Shown piece after piece: positions 26,388 to 39,799 of a DNA stretch of 64,000 bases. Position 1 is the stretch's first letter, and the number at the start of each line of letters is the position of its first letter. A program made the position numbers and the translations under genes. Below the pieces are notes generated by a model. That model was given only the letters and a program-made list of their open reading frames with translations, did not search any database and was not told the origin of the DNA. Source of the DNA: Eledone cirrhosa. Lineage: Eukaryota. The stretch lies in the NCBI GenBank assembly GCA_964016885.1, contig OZ024740.1, forward strand, positions 176,948,001 to 177,012,000, in the 5' to 3' direction.

Positions 26388-27140
26388 TTGGGGACAGCGT
26401 GTATTTTATCTTTGAGAGGACTGCTGGATTTTCTAATCTACCAGTCTCTTCTTAGCGCTGAGGGAGGCCATCACCATTCTATTAATGTCGATATAATTCT
26501 TATATCGATATTATTTGGGCATCCACTGATGAGTTTATAAGAGCCCGCTTGTGTATAAAACTATGGATTATATACAAGTTTCTACATAACCTGGAAATTA
26601 TTTATCCCAAATTGTAGAAATCTTATAACGAAACGGCCGTCTGGAAGCAAAGAGATATTTATTTAATAATGTCTCTTATAAAATAATACAACCAGCTATC
26701 CACGAAATACTGATTAGTTAGCACCCCAAACACTAAATTGGGATAATACTTTGGTATATCCTAATGTTGGTTGAATGAGAAGGAGTTGGTCGGAGTATCG
26801 CTTAAGGCTTCCTCTGTTTATGTATTGAATATATACTCTTGGTGGCCTGATATAATTTCCAGGTATAAGGTATGACTCTCTTTATTATTATTATTTTTTA
26901 TATGAAATACTGATTGATCTTCCTTGTATCCCATGTCTGATTTAGCCCTAGAGAATGGCTATGTGTGTATATGGGTGATCTATACATGTATTTATTATGT
27001 TTTAATATCTCTGTGTGTGCATTGGTTGTGTATAAATATGGTTATTCTTTTAATATCCAATTGAGTTAAAATGACCAGCGTGTATATTGTTTTATTTTAA
27101 GATGACCTCCCTTTACCCTTTTGGGGACAGTGTGTTTACT
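26388..27140 (+). mobile_element. Non-coding HHR element, ~733-bp unit with short terminal redundancy
   Basis: ttggggacag(c/t)gtgt at 26388 and 27121; homolog at 51345-51790 (-). Confidence 0.65.
26522..26645 (+). ncRNA. Type I hammerhead ribozyme with a large branched stem II
   Basis: tcca-CTGATGA-gtttataaga...tcttataac-GAAA-cggccg-TC-tgga; palindromic stem III acggccgt. Confidence 0.8.
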
Positions 27141-27816
27141 CAATGAATATAATTTTACAATAGATTTAAAGCACTCTACAAAGAAGTTTTCTGGAGTTAT
27201 TAATTAATATTATTCAAAATATTAATAAATGAATACGTTCACATAATCAAAATATATAATAAATCATATATTTTGATTATATAAACGTATTCATTTATTA
27301 ATATTTTGAATAATATATATATATGAATAAAAATAACCAGGATTAACTTGCATTAAATCATTTAATTGATTGGCGAACTTTTCGATCAACACATGAATAT
27401 TAATTCTTGCTGTATATATTGATCTCATCACATTGTGAACATTGGAATTGAGAAAGAGTGGGAGAGAGGTGGAGAGAGAGAGATAAAGAGAAGGGAGAGG
27501 GCGAGAGAGAAAAGGGAGGGATTGAGAAAAAGAGAGAGCGAGATAGATAGATAAATAATCCAGGAGCAAACATATTCAGTATGTATAAATAAAAATTGTG
27601 CATATTCGGACAAATATATATGTAAATATCTCAAAATGAATTAAAGAAGACGAGGCGGAAAGATAAAAGTTAAATCGTTGATAACTCCGCGAGCAACTTT
27701 AGTTTCCTTGTATAAGTATGTGTGTATACATACATGGGTGATTGTGTTTGTATGTTTGTGTATACCTGTGTCTCTCTGTCTGTCTGTCTATCTCACTCAT
27801 TCTCTCTCTCTCTCTT

Positions 27817-27851
<35 letters not shown>

Positions 27852-28359
27852 TGTTATATTTGGGGAGGGTCATATTTGCGTAATATTGCCAGAATTAATA
27901 ACAGAACACACTCACTGTTTGGTTGGTTTTCGCTTCTCGCTGTCTTTTATATATATATATCTGCGATCTAACTTACTCGGTCCTCAATGTTGCCATTGAC
28001 TGACCGGCGGTCAAAAATAAAATAATACAGATACAATATAGACAAACACATATATATATAGTTTACATAAATCTTTCGTTGCACATCTGCAACATCGTCA
28101 GTGGTGTTATATTCATTGTTCCTCCTGTTGTGTTGTATGTCTACGCCATTTTTTTTTTGTTCAGTCCGTCTATATATTTATTTATTTGTTTGCTTGTTTG
28201 TTTATCTTATTTTATTTTGTCTTCTTTGCGCATGCGTTTGCGTGTGTGATGTGTGACTAGTGTGTATAGTGTTGTGTCTGCTGGGTGATTAGTGTGTGTT
28301 TATGTGCTTGTGTATGTATTTATTTATCTTATTTTATTTAATTTAATTTACTTATTTAT

Positions 28360-29903
28360 TTATACTTCTCTTAGGTCAGTGTTGTTTGTTTGGGTGTTGT
28401 TGTTGTTCCACTCATTCTTTCTGTTTAGCTTTGGTCTTCTAATTTCTATTTCACTGGCCTCTCTGATTTGCCTATCTGCTGGGTCATTCCTATGTTTAGA
28501 TATTATTCTAATTTCTATGTTGTCTATGTTACCGTCATGATGTTGTCTAGCATGTTCGTATAGTACTGACCCGTTTTTTCGTCCTTTTAGTTCCCCCCAG
28601 TGTTGGTCTATCCTTTCACCTATGCTACGAGCTGTCTCACCTATGTATGTTGTTGTCGTGTTTCTACAAGTACCCTCTGTACATCTTATGCTATAGACTA
28701 CGTTTCTAGTTTTACAGTTTATCCGGGGGTTCACCTTACATATGATACATTTCCTATTGGTACAGTGGGTTTTCTTAAAAGGGTAGGTTTTGCTGATCAG
28801 GGATTTTATGGTGGTTCCTGGCTTTTCTACCACCTTTATTTTTAAGTGGGTCTTTCTCAGGGCCTTTCTACACTGGTTAGCTAATTTCCCTCCAGGGGTG
28901 GCGTCCACAAACATGACACTCTGATATCTCTGGTTGTCGTACCATGATGTGGCCTTCCCTATCTTATGTCTAGCCCTATCTAAGCTATTCCATGATTTGC
29001 TCCTGTATAGTGGGCAAATTCCTTTCATGTCCAGTTCTATGAGGGTCTTATACTTTTCCATGGCTCCTTCGTATACTCTGACTCTGTCTCTTTGGTTGTA
29101 GCCAGAGAACTGCATGCGGTTGATGAAGTGTTGGATGTGTCCTTCCATTTCTGTTGGGTCGCACATGCTGGACACATTCTTCATCACTCGTACCAAATCT
29201 GCGATCAGAATATTAAACTTAGCACTACTGGACATTGCTGAGTTTTTGAGTATCAGGTATTTGGAGGCCATGGGTTTAGCATAGTGTGAGTGGAGAATTT
29301 GGGCTCTCTCGTCTATAGTGTTAATCCAGAGTTCTGTGTCTAATACAGGTAGTCTATTGTTAGGGTGTTTGGAAGGGAAGTCTATAGTTACAGTTATACT
29401 CTGGTGTATGGAATTAGCTATCTGCTGGATGCTTTCCATCGTGCTACGTTCTAAATCAAACTTGTTAGTGCTCTCTAGTGGGGGTGTTCTTATAACTATA
29501 TTGATATCGTCTACATAACGAGAGTACATGATGAGGTCTATGGAGCTTTCATTAAGGAGATCTTTAAGTCTCCTTTCCCACCATACCATGAAAAGGTTGG
29601 CAACATCGCCAGCTATGCTGACGCCGATGGCTGCTCCCTCATTTTGGGTGTAGATTTTCTCATTGAACTTAAATATGTGGCCCTTTAGGGTAGTTTTGAT
29701 ACTAGCCCCTATTGCATGTGCGACCATTTTTCTTACCTGATCAGTGTTTTGGGGGGTCCGTATAGCTTTGGTCCACCCAATCCACCTTCCTATGGGAGTC
29801 TTTTTAGCCATTGAGGTTATGGTGGGGGGTCTACCTCTTATAGGTCTACTAGGGCAGAAACATCTAAGGTCATGGCTGTCTAGGTAGTCAGTGTCGTAGG
29901 TAA
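28360..29903 (-). pseudogene. Inverted duplicate of the C-terminal part of the PLE ORF
   Basis: Identical to the 30082-32442 product from TYDTDY onward; the N-terminus in the ORF track is junction-derived. Confidence 0.9.
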
Positions 29904-30081
29904 CGGTGAAGTAAACAACAATACATCTAGCAATCATAACAATAATAATATTAAAGCTAATGATAGAAACAACAACAACCACCATGATAATAATAATAGC
30001 AACACACACAACTATGACGATAGAAATAACGACAACCCCTTAGAGAAACTATTTTTCAACCCAGCTGACAAAACATATAAG

Positions 30082-32442
30082 ATGGGTAATATCTATCCTA
30101 CGAGGTTACCCTTTAATAAAAGAGTTTGCATACCACAACAAATAGATGACGAGACGGAGGCACAGTTCACCATAGCTAGAAATAAGATTAGACAAGTAGT
30201 AGACAGGTACACTATGAGACAGAGCAGACCAGAGGCCCAACAACTTGGGATAAAACCTGTAGAAGGCTTGGTTAGCCTCAAGCAGCGCACAAGGGATGGT
30301 GAGGTAGTGTGTCTACCCACAGATAAGTCTGGTAGGATGTCAATAGATAGCATGCCGAACTACATCGAGGCAATGCAACCCCACATCACCAACACGAGCG
30401 AAGTTGCACAACTAACACACGATGGGAGAGAAAAAATCCTCAACGCTCACATGATGATGTGGACTGACATCCTAAAGCCAAGCAGACGCACTGCCAACAA
30501 CTTCCAGGCGTCTAACAATGGCATACCACCCTTGTATGGGCTCCGCAAAGACCACAAGACAGTCGACGACCCGACAACAGGACCACCAACAAGACCTGTA
30601 TGCGGAGCTAATATAGCTAGCAACTACAGGATCTCCTACTTCCTCTCAATGGTTATACGCCCCATAATCAAGATGTCCCCAGATGTATGTGAAAGTACAG
30701 AGGACCTCCTCAGCAGAATCAGTGAGTGCAACAAAAACAGGAGCCTATCCAACTGCATAATAGGCAGCATGGATGTGGTGTCACTGTACCCATCCATTAA
30801 CATTGATTTTGCTGTGAAAAGATGTGTGGAGATGATCATTGAGAGTGAGGTGGAGTTCTGCGACGTCGACACAGACGAACTGGGCCTCCTACTTAGACTT
30901 ACCTACGACACTGACTACCTAGACAGCCATGACCTTAGATGTTTCTGCCCTAGTAGACCTATAAGAGGTAGACCCCCCACCATAACCTCAATGGCTAAAA
31001 AGACTCCCATAGGAAGGTGGATTGGGTGGACCAAAGCTATACGGACCCCCCAAAACACTGATCAGGTAAGAAAAATGGTCGCACATGCAATAGGGGCTAG
31101 TATCAAAACTACCCTAAAGGGCCACATATTTAAGTTCAATGAGAAAATCTACACCCAAAATGAGGGAGCAGCCATCGGCGTCAGCATAGCTGGCGATGTT
31201 GCCAACCTTTTCATGGTATGGTGGGAAAGGAGACTTAAAGATCTCCTTAATGAAAGCTCCATAGACCTCATCATGTACTCTCGTTATGTAGACGATATCA
31301 ATATAGTTATAAGAACACCCCCACTAGAGAGCACTAACAAGTTTGATTTAGAACGTAGCACGATGGAAAGCATCCAGCAGATAGCTAATTCCATACACCA
31401 GAGTATAACTGTAACTATAGACTTCCCTTCCAAACACCCTAACAATAGACTACCTGTATTAGACACAGAACTCTGGATTAACACTATAGACGAGAGAGCC
31501 CAAATTCTCCACTCACACTATGCTAAACCCATGGCCTCCAAATACCTGATACTCAAAAACTCAGCAATGTCCAGTAGTGCTAAGTTTAATATTCTGATCG
31601 CAGATTTGGTACGAGTGATGAAGAATGTGTCCAGCATGTGCGACCCAACAGAAATGGAAGGACACATCCAACACTTCATCAACCGCATGCAGTTCTCTGG
31701 CTACAACCAAAGAGACAGAGTCAGAGTATACGAAGGAGCCATGGAAAAGTATAAGACCCTCATAGAACTGGACATGAAAGGAATTTGCCCACTATACAGG
31801 AGCAAATCATGGAATAGCTTAGATAGGGCTAGACATAAGATAGGGAAGGCCACATCATGGTACGACAACCAGAGATATCAGAGTGTCATGTTTGTGGACG
31901 CCACCCCTGGAGGGAAATTAGCTAACCAGTGTAGAAAGGCCCTGAGAAAGACCCACTTAAAAATAAAGGTGGTAGAAAAGCCAGGAACCACCATAAAATC
32001 CCTGATCAGCAAAACCTACCCTTTTAAGAAAACCCACTGTACCAATAGGAAATGTATCATATGTAAGGTGAACCCCCGGATAAACTGTAAAACTAGAAAC
32101 GTAGTCTATAGCATAAGATGTACAGAGGGTACTTGTAGAAACACGACAACAACATACATAGGTGAGACAGCTCGTAGCATAGGTGAAAGGATAGACCAAC
32201 ACTGGGGGGAACTAAAAGGACGAAAAAACGGGTCAGTACTATACGAACATGCTAGACAACATCATGACGGTAACATAGACAACATAGAAATTAGAATAAT
32301 ATCTAAACATAGGAATGACCCAGCAGATAGGCAAATCAGAGAGGCCAGTGAAATAGAAATTAGAAGACCAAAGCTAAACAGAAAGAATGAGTGGAACAAC
32401 AACAACACCCAAACAAACAACACTGACCTAAGAGAAGTATAA
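30082..32442 (+). CDS. PLE reverse transcriptase plus GIY-YIG endonuclease (uninterrupted, 5' truncated)
   Basis: LPTDKSG, LYGLRKDHK, SMDVVSLYPSI, GAAIG, RYVDD, VVYSIRC..YIGETAR, IREASEI..PKLN. Confidence 0.93.
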   Translation: MGNIYPTRLPFNKRVCIPQQIDDETEAQFTIARNKIRQVVDRYTMRQSRPEAQQLGIKPVEGLVSLKQRTRDGEVVCLPTDKSGRMSIDSMPNYIEAMQPHITNTSEVAQLTHDGREKILNAHMMMWTDILKPSRRTANNFQASNNGIPPLYGLRKDHKTVDDPTTGPPTRPVCGANIASNYRISYFLSMVIRPIIKMSPDVCESTEDLLSRISECNKNRSLSNCIIGSMDVVSLYPSINIDFAVKRCVEMIIESEVEFCDVDTDELGLLLRLTYDTDYLDSHDLRCFCPSRPIRGRPPTITSMAKKTPIGRWIGWTKAIRTPQNTDQVRKMVAHAIGASIKTTLKGHIFKFNEKIYTQNEGAAIGVSIAGDVANLFMVWWERRLKDLLNESSIDLIMYSRYVDDINIVIRTPPLESTNKFDLERSTMESIQQIANSIHQSITVTIDFPSKHPNNRLPVLDTELWINTIDERAQILHSHYAKPMASKYLILKNSAMSSSAKFNILIADLVRVMKNVSSMCDPTEMEGHIQHFINRMQFSGYNQRDRVRVYEGAMEKYKTLIELDMKGICPLYRSKSWNSLDRARHKIGKATSWYDNQRYQSVMFVDATPGGKLANQCRKALRKTHLKIKVVEKPGTTIKSLISKTYPFKKTHCTNRKCIICKVNPRINCKTRNVVYSIRCTEGTCRNTTTTYIGETARSIGERIDQHWGELKGRKNGSVLYEHARQHHDGNIDNIEIRIISKHRNDPADRQIREASEIEIRRPKLNRKNEWNNNNTQTNNTDLREV

Positions 32443-32693
32443 ATAAATAAGTAAATTAAATTAAATAAAATAAGATAAATAAATACATACACAAGCACAT
32501 AAACACACACTAATCACCCAGCAGACACAACACTATACACACTAGTCACACATCACACACGCAAACGCATGCGCAAAGAAGACAAAATAAAATAAGATAA
32601 ACAAACAAGCAAACAAATAAATAAATATATAGACGGACTGAACAAAAAAAAAATGGCGTAGACATACAACACAACAGGAGGAACAATGAATAT

Positions 32694-32760
32694 AACACCA
32701 CTGACGATGTTGCAGATGTGCAACGAAAGATTTATGTAAACTATATATATATGTGTTTGT
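32694..32760 (+). ncRNA. HHR-like motif in the PLE pLTR (mirror copy ~28045-28108 minus; GAAA>CAAA copy at ~26134)
   Basis: CTGACGA-t-gttgca gatg tgcaac-GAAA; stems I and III not cleanly resolved. Confidence 0.45.
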
Positions 32761-33008
32761 CTATATTGTATCTGTATTATTTTATTTTTGACCGCCGGTC
32801 AGTCAATGGCAACATTGAGGACCGAGTAAGTTAGATCGCAGATATATATATATAAAAGACAGCGAGAAGCGAAAACCAACCAAACAGTGAGTGTGTTCTG
32901 TTATTAATTCTGGCAATATTACGCAAATATGACCCTCCCCAAATATAACAATATCTGTTTCGACACACGATTTCATATAAAAAACCTCGCAAAACTAATT
33001 CATCGCCG

Positions 33009-33045
<37 letters not shown>

Positions 33046-33061
33046 TATATATATATATATG

Positions 33062-33117
<56 letters not shown>

Positions 33118-33138
33118 CACACACATATATATATATAC

Positions 33139-33189
<51 letters not shown>

Positions 33190-33191
33190 TG

Positions 33192-33243
<52 letters not shown>

Positions 33244-33255
33244 AATATATATACA

Positions 33256-33340
<85 letters not shown>

Positions 33341-33391
33341 ATGTAAAAAGTAAACAGAAATAACAACACAATCGGTACAGTATATGGAAAT

Positions 33392-33431
<40 letters not shown>

Positions 33432-33886
33432 CTATCTATCTACTTATATATATATATATATATATAGACGCATATATGTGTGTGAGTGTATGTGGATGTT
33501 TATATATCTGTATTTAGAAAACGGAAGGCAGGAGGGGGTACTTGGATGTTCTCGACTGAAGCAATTTTCTAAAGAAAAGACAGGGATATAACCCCCAAAT
33601 ATATAAATAAATAATGATAATATAAGATTAAAAAATAGGATGATAAAAGGCGCGAAATTTCAATTGAATCACTCTACTGCCCATCCACCCAGGTGGCTAG
33701 ATTTTCTTCATCTCACATTATATTGCCCTTGATTTCTCTCTCTCTTTCCGTCTTTTCCCTTTGCCCCACTCCTTCCGCCCATGACTGTGTCATACTCTCC
33801 TTTTTATATCGCCTTTGTACACCACCAACCTTCCATCGTTCAAGTTAACCAATACCTCATTTTCTTGGTATATAAAGCTATTGGAT

Positions 33887-33986
<100 letters not shown>

Positions 33987-34060
33987 CACACACACACATA
34001 TATATATAAATAAATATACATACACACAAACACACACACACAGCACACACATATATACAT

Positions 34061-34109
<49 letters not shown>

Positions 34110-35137
34110 TACATATATACATATATGCATATGCGTGTGTGTATTTATTGACATACACTCATTTTTCACAATGATACACAAATATATATATGCATGTGTA
34201 TATATATATGTATGTTGCGTGTGTATGTGTGTGTGATTGCATGTAATTTTTTTATTCTGTTTTAAAAGAATCTCTTATAGTTTCCCTACACCACCATCAT
34301 ACCACTCCATCTCACTTTTTCTGGCTTTCAATATATCCCATTCTATGTCCACGTTTTTTATTCTCTTTCCCTTGTCTCTTTATCTACTTCTCTTCCTCTA
34401 CATCTTCATATGTATCTCTCTCCTTTTTTTATTACTTTTTTTATGACAGCCATTTTCATTTGGTATCTTTCTCTTTCTTACTCATTTATCGCCGTACTTA
34501 ACTGCAATAAATTGTCCTTTCCTTACAATCTTAAGGCTAGGTTTAGTATTAGGTATTTTCTTAGCCTTAGTGTTAGGTGAGCCATAATATCTAAAGATTA
34601 TCATTATAGTTAGTGTCAGGTTTAGGTCTAGGCTGAGGTTTAAGTTTTCATTTATAATTTGCGTTAATGCTAGGTCTAGAATGAGGATCTAATATTAATG
34701 TTAGACCCGACATTTGATCCCTTTGTGTTCGGACCTGGTGTCTATATGTGCATATAAGAAAGAATGAATCTAAAAGCTGTTTCCTGTGAATGGAATTATC
34801 TTTATAAGATACGTCCCAGAATAACTTAACTGTTTGCATTTCGTGCAGATGGCATCTGTGAATTATTTACTCTTTAAACAATTCTACTTTCCCACACAAT
34901 ACAATGTACAATATTGTACGTTGAAACTAGTGGTAGAGTTTAGATTTAATCTCGAAGTTTCGCTATATTTTGTTGTTGGTTCATGTGTTGCTGATATTAT
35001 GTTTCGGGTAATGGTTAAGTTTAGATTTATATTATGTGTTAGAAATATGGTTATGTTTAGGATTGGTGTTGATGTTAGTGTTATTGTTAGAGATATTATT
35101 AGGTTTACTATTAGAGTTAAGGTTTCGTGTATATTAT

Positions 35138-35320
35138 AATAATTGTTTCTACTTTTGGCACAAGGCCATCAATTACCCAGTACATTACAGGTACTTTATT
35201 TTATCGACCCCGTAAGGATGAAAGGCAATGTTAACCTCGGCGGGATTTGAACTCAGACCGCAAAGGGACGTAACTATGCTGGAAAGCATGGCGTCCGACC
35301 CTCTACCGATACTGCCAATA
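35138..35320 (-). mobile_element. SINE
   Basis: Reverse complement of the family motifs. Confidence 0.85.
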
Positions 35321-35654
35321 ATAATGTAATTGTGGAGGTTACAGTTAATGTTACTGTTCACATCAGGGTAAGGTTTACGAATATAGTTTGACTTAGTTTA
35401 ACGTGTATTATTTGTGTTAGGTTGGGTGTTTCAATTTGTAATGTGTTTTCGATTTCAGTTTAAAACGTTGGTTTTGTTGTGGTTGTACAGATTGGGGTTT
35501 AAAGTTAATTTGTTTAGCTCAATTTTAAAGGTTGGTTTAGAGATAAGTTTGGATGAGGACTGGTGAAATATTAGGATTATGATTATGGTTATGTTTAGGT
35601 TTATGTTTATAGTTATGGCTAATTATATGGTTCGGGCTATAATTATATTTAGAT

Positions 35655-36040
35655 TAATGTCTGTTTCAAATTGTACTGAAGTCAACTTTGCTTCCCATCC
35701 TTCCGGAGTCGATAAAATAAAGTGCCAGAGAAATATTGGGATCAATTTAATCGTCTTTCCGCTTCCAACAAACGGCAGGTCTTGTGCCGAAATTAAAAAT
35801 AATTATTAAATCAACAGAAATACAGAGATAATAACTAGCACAAGCTTCATCTACAGTAAATACACCAGCTAATCGTAATATTAGCAATGATTTCTAATTT
35901 AACCACAAAGTCAACAATCTGTGCGGAGAGAAAATCGATTACATCGATCCCAGGACGTAATTGGGACTTTATTTTTTCGAACACAGAAATATGAAAGGCA
36001 AAGTTGACTTCAGCGAGATTTGAACTCAGAACGAAAAGAA
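35655..36040. mobile_element. Two diverged partial SINEs (35655-35810 plus, 35890-36040 minus)
   Basis: gtcaactttgc..catcc..gtcgataaaataaagt and its reverse complement. Confidence 0.65.
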
Positions 36041-36104
36041 CCATATATGGCAATGACATTTTACCCGAGAGTCTACCAATTAAAACACTGGTATTTGTGG
36101 TGGT

Positions 36105-36445
36105 GTGGTGGAGTAGCATGGTCGAATGCTTAAGAAGTTCAATTCGCAATCAATGGGTCCCGTGTTCGGTCTCACTGTGCAAGTGTTATTTACCATAGCC
36201 TCGGCCCGAGCCAAGTGTTGTGAGTGGAATTAGCTGTGCAAAAACTACCAGAAAGCTCGTCAGATGGACTTTACCTGCAATTCAAAGTACCAGCTATGCT
36301 ATACAACCTTTCATATTAAACCCAGCCAAGAATTACGTTAAGGGTACACATATCTATGAAATGTTCAGACCCTTACACGTTAATTTCAAGAGCACGCTGT
36401 TCTGTTGATTGAACAACTAGTACACTCAACGTCGACAACCACTAG
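36105..36445 (+). mobile_element. Different, older tRNA-related SINE-like repeat
   Basis: A/B-box-like head (gcatggtcgaatgcttaag...gttcggtc); related heads near 39360 and 49030. Confidence 0.4.
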
Positions 36446-36971
36446 GTCCATTCCATGGTGACATTCGTAATGTTAGCCAGAGATGTTGGTTTCTCGTGAC
36501 GGTGTGTTGCTGTTATTGCTTCGACTCACGAAGGTTTGATGATAACCACTTAGGACGTGAGTTTTCCAAGAAATCTTTTAAGGCTATCTTCGACTTACAT
36601 CCGATGTTTCCTTCTTCTACTTAAGAATATCAGATGTAATTTGAAGGATATTTGGCTGCTATTTCTAGCAATTTTTTTCTCGGTTGATTGCATGAGTTTA
36701 TTACAATCTCCCCAATCTTCTGTGACACTGGAGCCCTTGCCTTTCCCTTCCTTTTCCGTTAACGTTTTATATTTTCTTATTTTACATTCCATTCTTTCTT
36801 CTCAATCTAATATATATATTTTTCAATTAAATTATTTTTACTATTATAAACATCAATTTACAACTGCCTCTACAATATGTATTGAATGTCCTCCTCATTA
36901 ATCTTTGACAAAAAGTAACGTTTCAATACACTATATCTCCTTCTGTCTCTCTCTTTCCTTCTTCTCTCTCC

Positions 36972-37119
<148 letters not shown>

Positions 37120-37177
37120 GAATTTATGAATTAAAAAAGTGAGAAGGGCGCTGTGTGGTTACCAATAAATATTAGTT

Positions 37178-37370
37178 AGCGGTGAATTGGCAGTATCGGT
37201 AGAGAGTCGGACGCCATGCTTTGAAGCATAGAGTTACGTCCCTTTATGATCTGAGTTCAAATCCCGCCGATGTTAACTTTGCCTTTCATCCTTACGGGGT
37301 CGATAAAATAAAGTACCAGTAATGAACTGGGTAATTGCTGGCCTTGTGCCAAAAGTAGAAACAATTATTT
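37178..37370 (+). mobile_element. SINE
   Basis: Full family motifs. Confidence 0.85.
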
Positions 37371-37470
37371 AGAAAACGTTAGAGAAACACAAACACAAGT
37401 ACAATATTATATATATATATATATAGTGACGAAACATAAGTCAATTGCATGAACTCATAATCCTTTATTT

Positions 37471-37526
37471 ACTGCTATATATATTTCGATGATAGCCATT
37501 GAATGGCTATGACCTCATCAGGCAGT
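37471..37526 (-). ncRNA. Type I hammerhead ribozyme
   Basis: Minus strand: actgc-CTGATGA-ggtcatagccatt..aatggctatcatc-GAAA-tatata-TA-gcagt. Confidence 0.78.
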
Positions 37527-37570
37527 TAGTCAGTTCTTAGATATTCCAGCTCTGTGTTTATAGTGTTGAT

Positions 37571-37608
<38 letters not shown>

Positions 37609-37669
37609 AGGAGATATAGTATATATATAAGACAAATCCCCCCACATATATACATACACGCACACACAA

Positions 37670-37702
<33 letters not shown>

Positions 37703-38208
37703 ATAAGACACACATAAAGACAATGCATTTTTCATTAACTAACCAGATAAAACAACAATGACAATATAAACAATTATTGTAAAGCGAAGTATTTGTGTGA
37801 CGATACGTGACTATAATATTTAGCAATCGCAATTAGTGTTTTCCTTTTTCATATTCATTTATATTTGGTGTGACAAGATAAGAGACTGAGTGATTTATTG
37901 AGTGACAGGCAGATCCTTTCCTATGTGTAACAATACTTTTAGGTTAGAAGTCGAAGCAGTGGAATGTTTTAAGTATTTTGATGGTCTCCCGCTGTCTAAT
38001 TGAACTAGAATTGGGTATAAGATACGCAGTATATTGAAGATATTAATGAACTGTGTATAAAAATTGTAAATGACCCCTGGTTACGCACACATTCACGCTT
38101 CCCTGTTTCCCCCACTCAAACATATATGGATCTATATATATATGAATATATATGTTTGTACGTATTTATATTGGTTTCTATTTCTATCTCTCTTAATATA
38201 TATATATG

Positions 38209-38277
<69 letters not shown>

Positions 38278-38279
<2 letters not shown>

Positions 38280-38381
38280 ATTGTTTCTACTTTTGGCACA
38301 AGGCCAGCAATAACCCAGTACATTACTGGTACTTTATTTTATCGACCCCGTAAGGATAAGGATGAAAGGCAAAGTTAACCT
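38278..38381 (-). mobile_element. 5' truncated SINE
   Basis: Reverse complement of the SINE 3' half. Confidence 0.75.
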
Positions 38382-38560
38382 TATAATAATAATAATAAAT
38401 TTGAAGACTAAAATCCAAAGAGGGCTCGATAAGGATAAATATATATCAAATATATAATTTGAGTATATGTTGGTTGGTTACCAACACTTCAGTATGCAGG
38501 TTAGAACACTCAACGAAGTGCGCAGGTATGTCTGTTTACTCCGGAGTAACTTAAAACAAG

Positions 38561-38952
38561 AAGTGTAAGTCAACAGGTTAAAATTAACTTCGCTAATTCA
38601 TATTCACTGTAATATATATTTCGGTGATAACCATTATTCAGCAGCTATGACCTCATCAGATAAATAGAACTTGAACAGAAAAACAGAAAATCATAATGGT
38701 GGAACAAAGTTTACGTCCGCTATTTCTTTGAGAAAACAACACCATACTTTGGGACAGGGCATATCAGAGGACCGAAATAACGGAGGTAAACTTTATTCCA
38801 CCATTATGTTTTTCTGGGGCTTTTTTCTGTTTTTCTGTTCAAGTTCTAGCTATCTGATGAGGTCATAGCTGTTGAATAATGGTTATCATCGAAATATATA
38901 TTACAACGAATACGAATAAACGAAGTTGATTTTAACTTGTTGACTTACACTT
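38561..38952. repeat. ~130-bp imperfect inverted repeat, each arm with an HHR core related to 37471-37526
   Basis: Arms 38561-38690 and 38823-38952; CTGATGA-ggtcatagc...ggttatca(c/t)c-GAAAtatata. Confidence 0.8.
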
Positions 38953-39799
38953 TTGTTTGTATATATATATATATATAAATATATAATAATAAGGGTTGAC
39001 GCACCCAGCATATTTATCAATGCCAGTACCGGTTGTATCTCAGCGCACTCCATGGGCAATGTAAGATACATTACCAGAGTATGCACAAAGTTATTTGCTT
39101 CAACACAACACACGTAAAACGGGTGCCTATAATGGTCCCGGACTCGAGTTTCTGCCGCACTAATGCAGCAGTAAGGTGCACTGCACTATCTGTCTGCATA
39201 TATTATGCAACAATGCACAATCAGCTTATGCGATATATATAGATATATATACTTACATGAACTCAATACCAAAGTAAAGAATAATAATTATATAAAGGTG
39301 AAGTAATGACTGATGTCACAGTGAACACTCTAGCGAGACTCCATAATATCAAGACATAGTCGCAAGAGTGGTTGTGACTTTGAAGATTTCGCTTCGAAAC
39401 CACATGGTTTTAGCTTCAATCTTCTACTATAGCGTTGGTGAACATTTACATGTGCGTAAAATTTGCTAGACGTATTGTATAATTAAATACGTGTTTGTGT
39501 TAGGGGAATATATCCGTGTGAGTGTTTAAATTTCTACCTGCGCCTTTGTTTCTGCACCGTACTGAGATGATCTACTAAATCTCGTGAAGGTGGTGACCCA
39601 GGATAGCCGCAATCTTATAACTGCAATTAGTAAGACAATACAAATATAAAAGATCTATCTATGTATATATTTTCTTATATGTTTTAGTGGTTTCACTTAT
39701 TAAATGGCTGGTTGTCATGCTGGAACAACCTATTCGAGGGATCATACTGGCATGTGTACGTAATTAAATATTGATCATATATGGAACATTATTTGTCGA

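Larger units (their letters stand above)
27850..33010. mobile_element. Young Penelope-like element as an inverted structure: minus arm 27850-29903, plus copy 29901-33010
   Basis: Minus arm is the reverse complement of ~30899-32953 and gives an identical protein; (TA)n on both flanks. Confidence 0.93.

Noticed and set aside
36450-36800. Possible host exon on the minus strand (also 6640-7000, 34700-34860, 62390-62445)
   Set aside because: No recognisable domain or consistent splice pattern; would need BLASTX or RNA-seq
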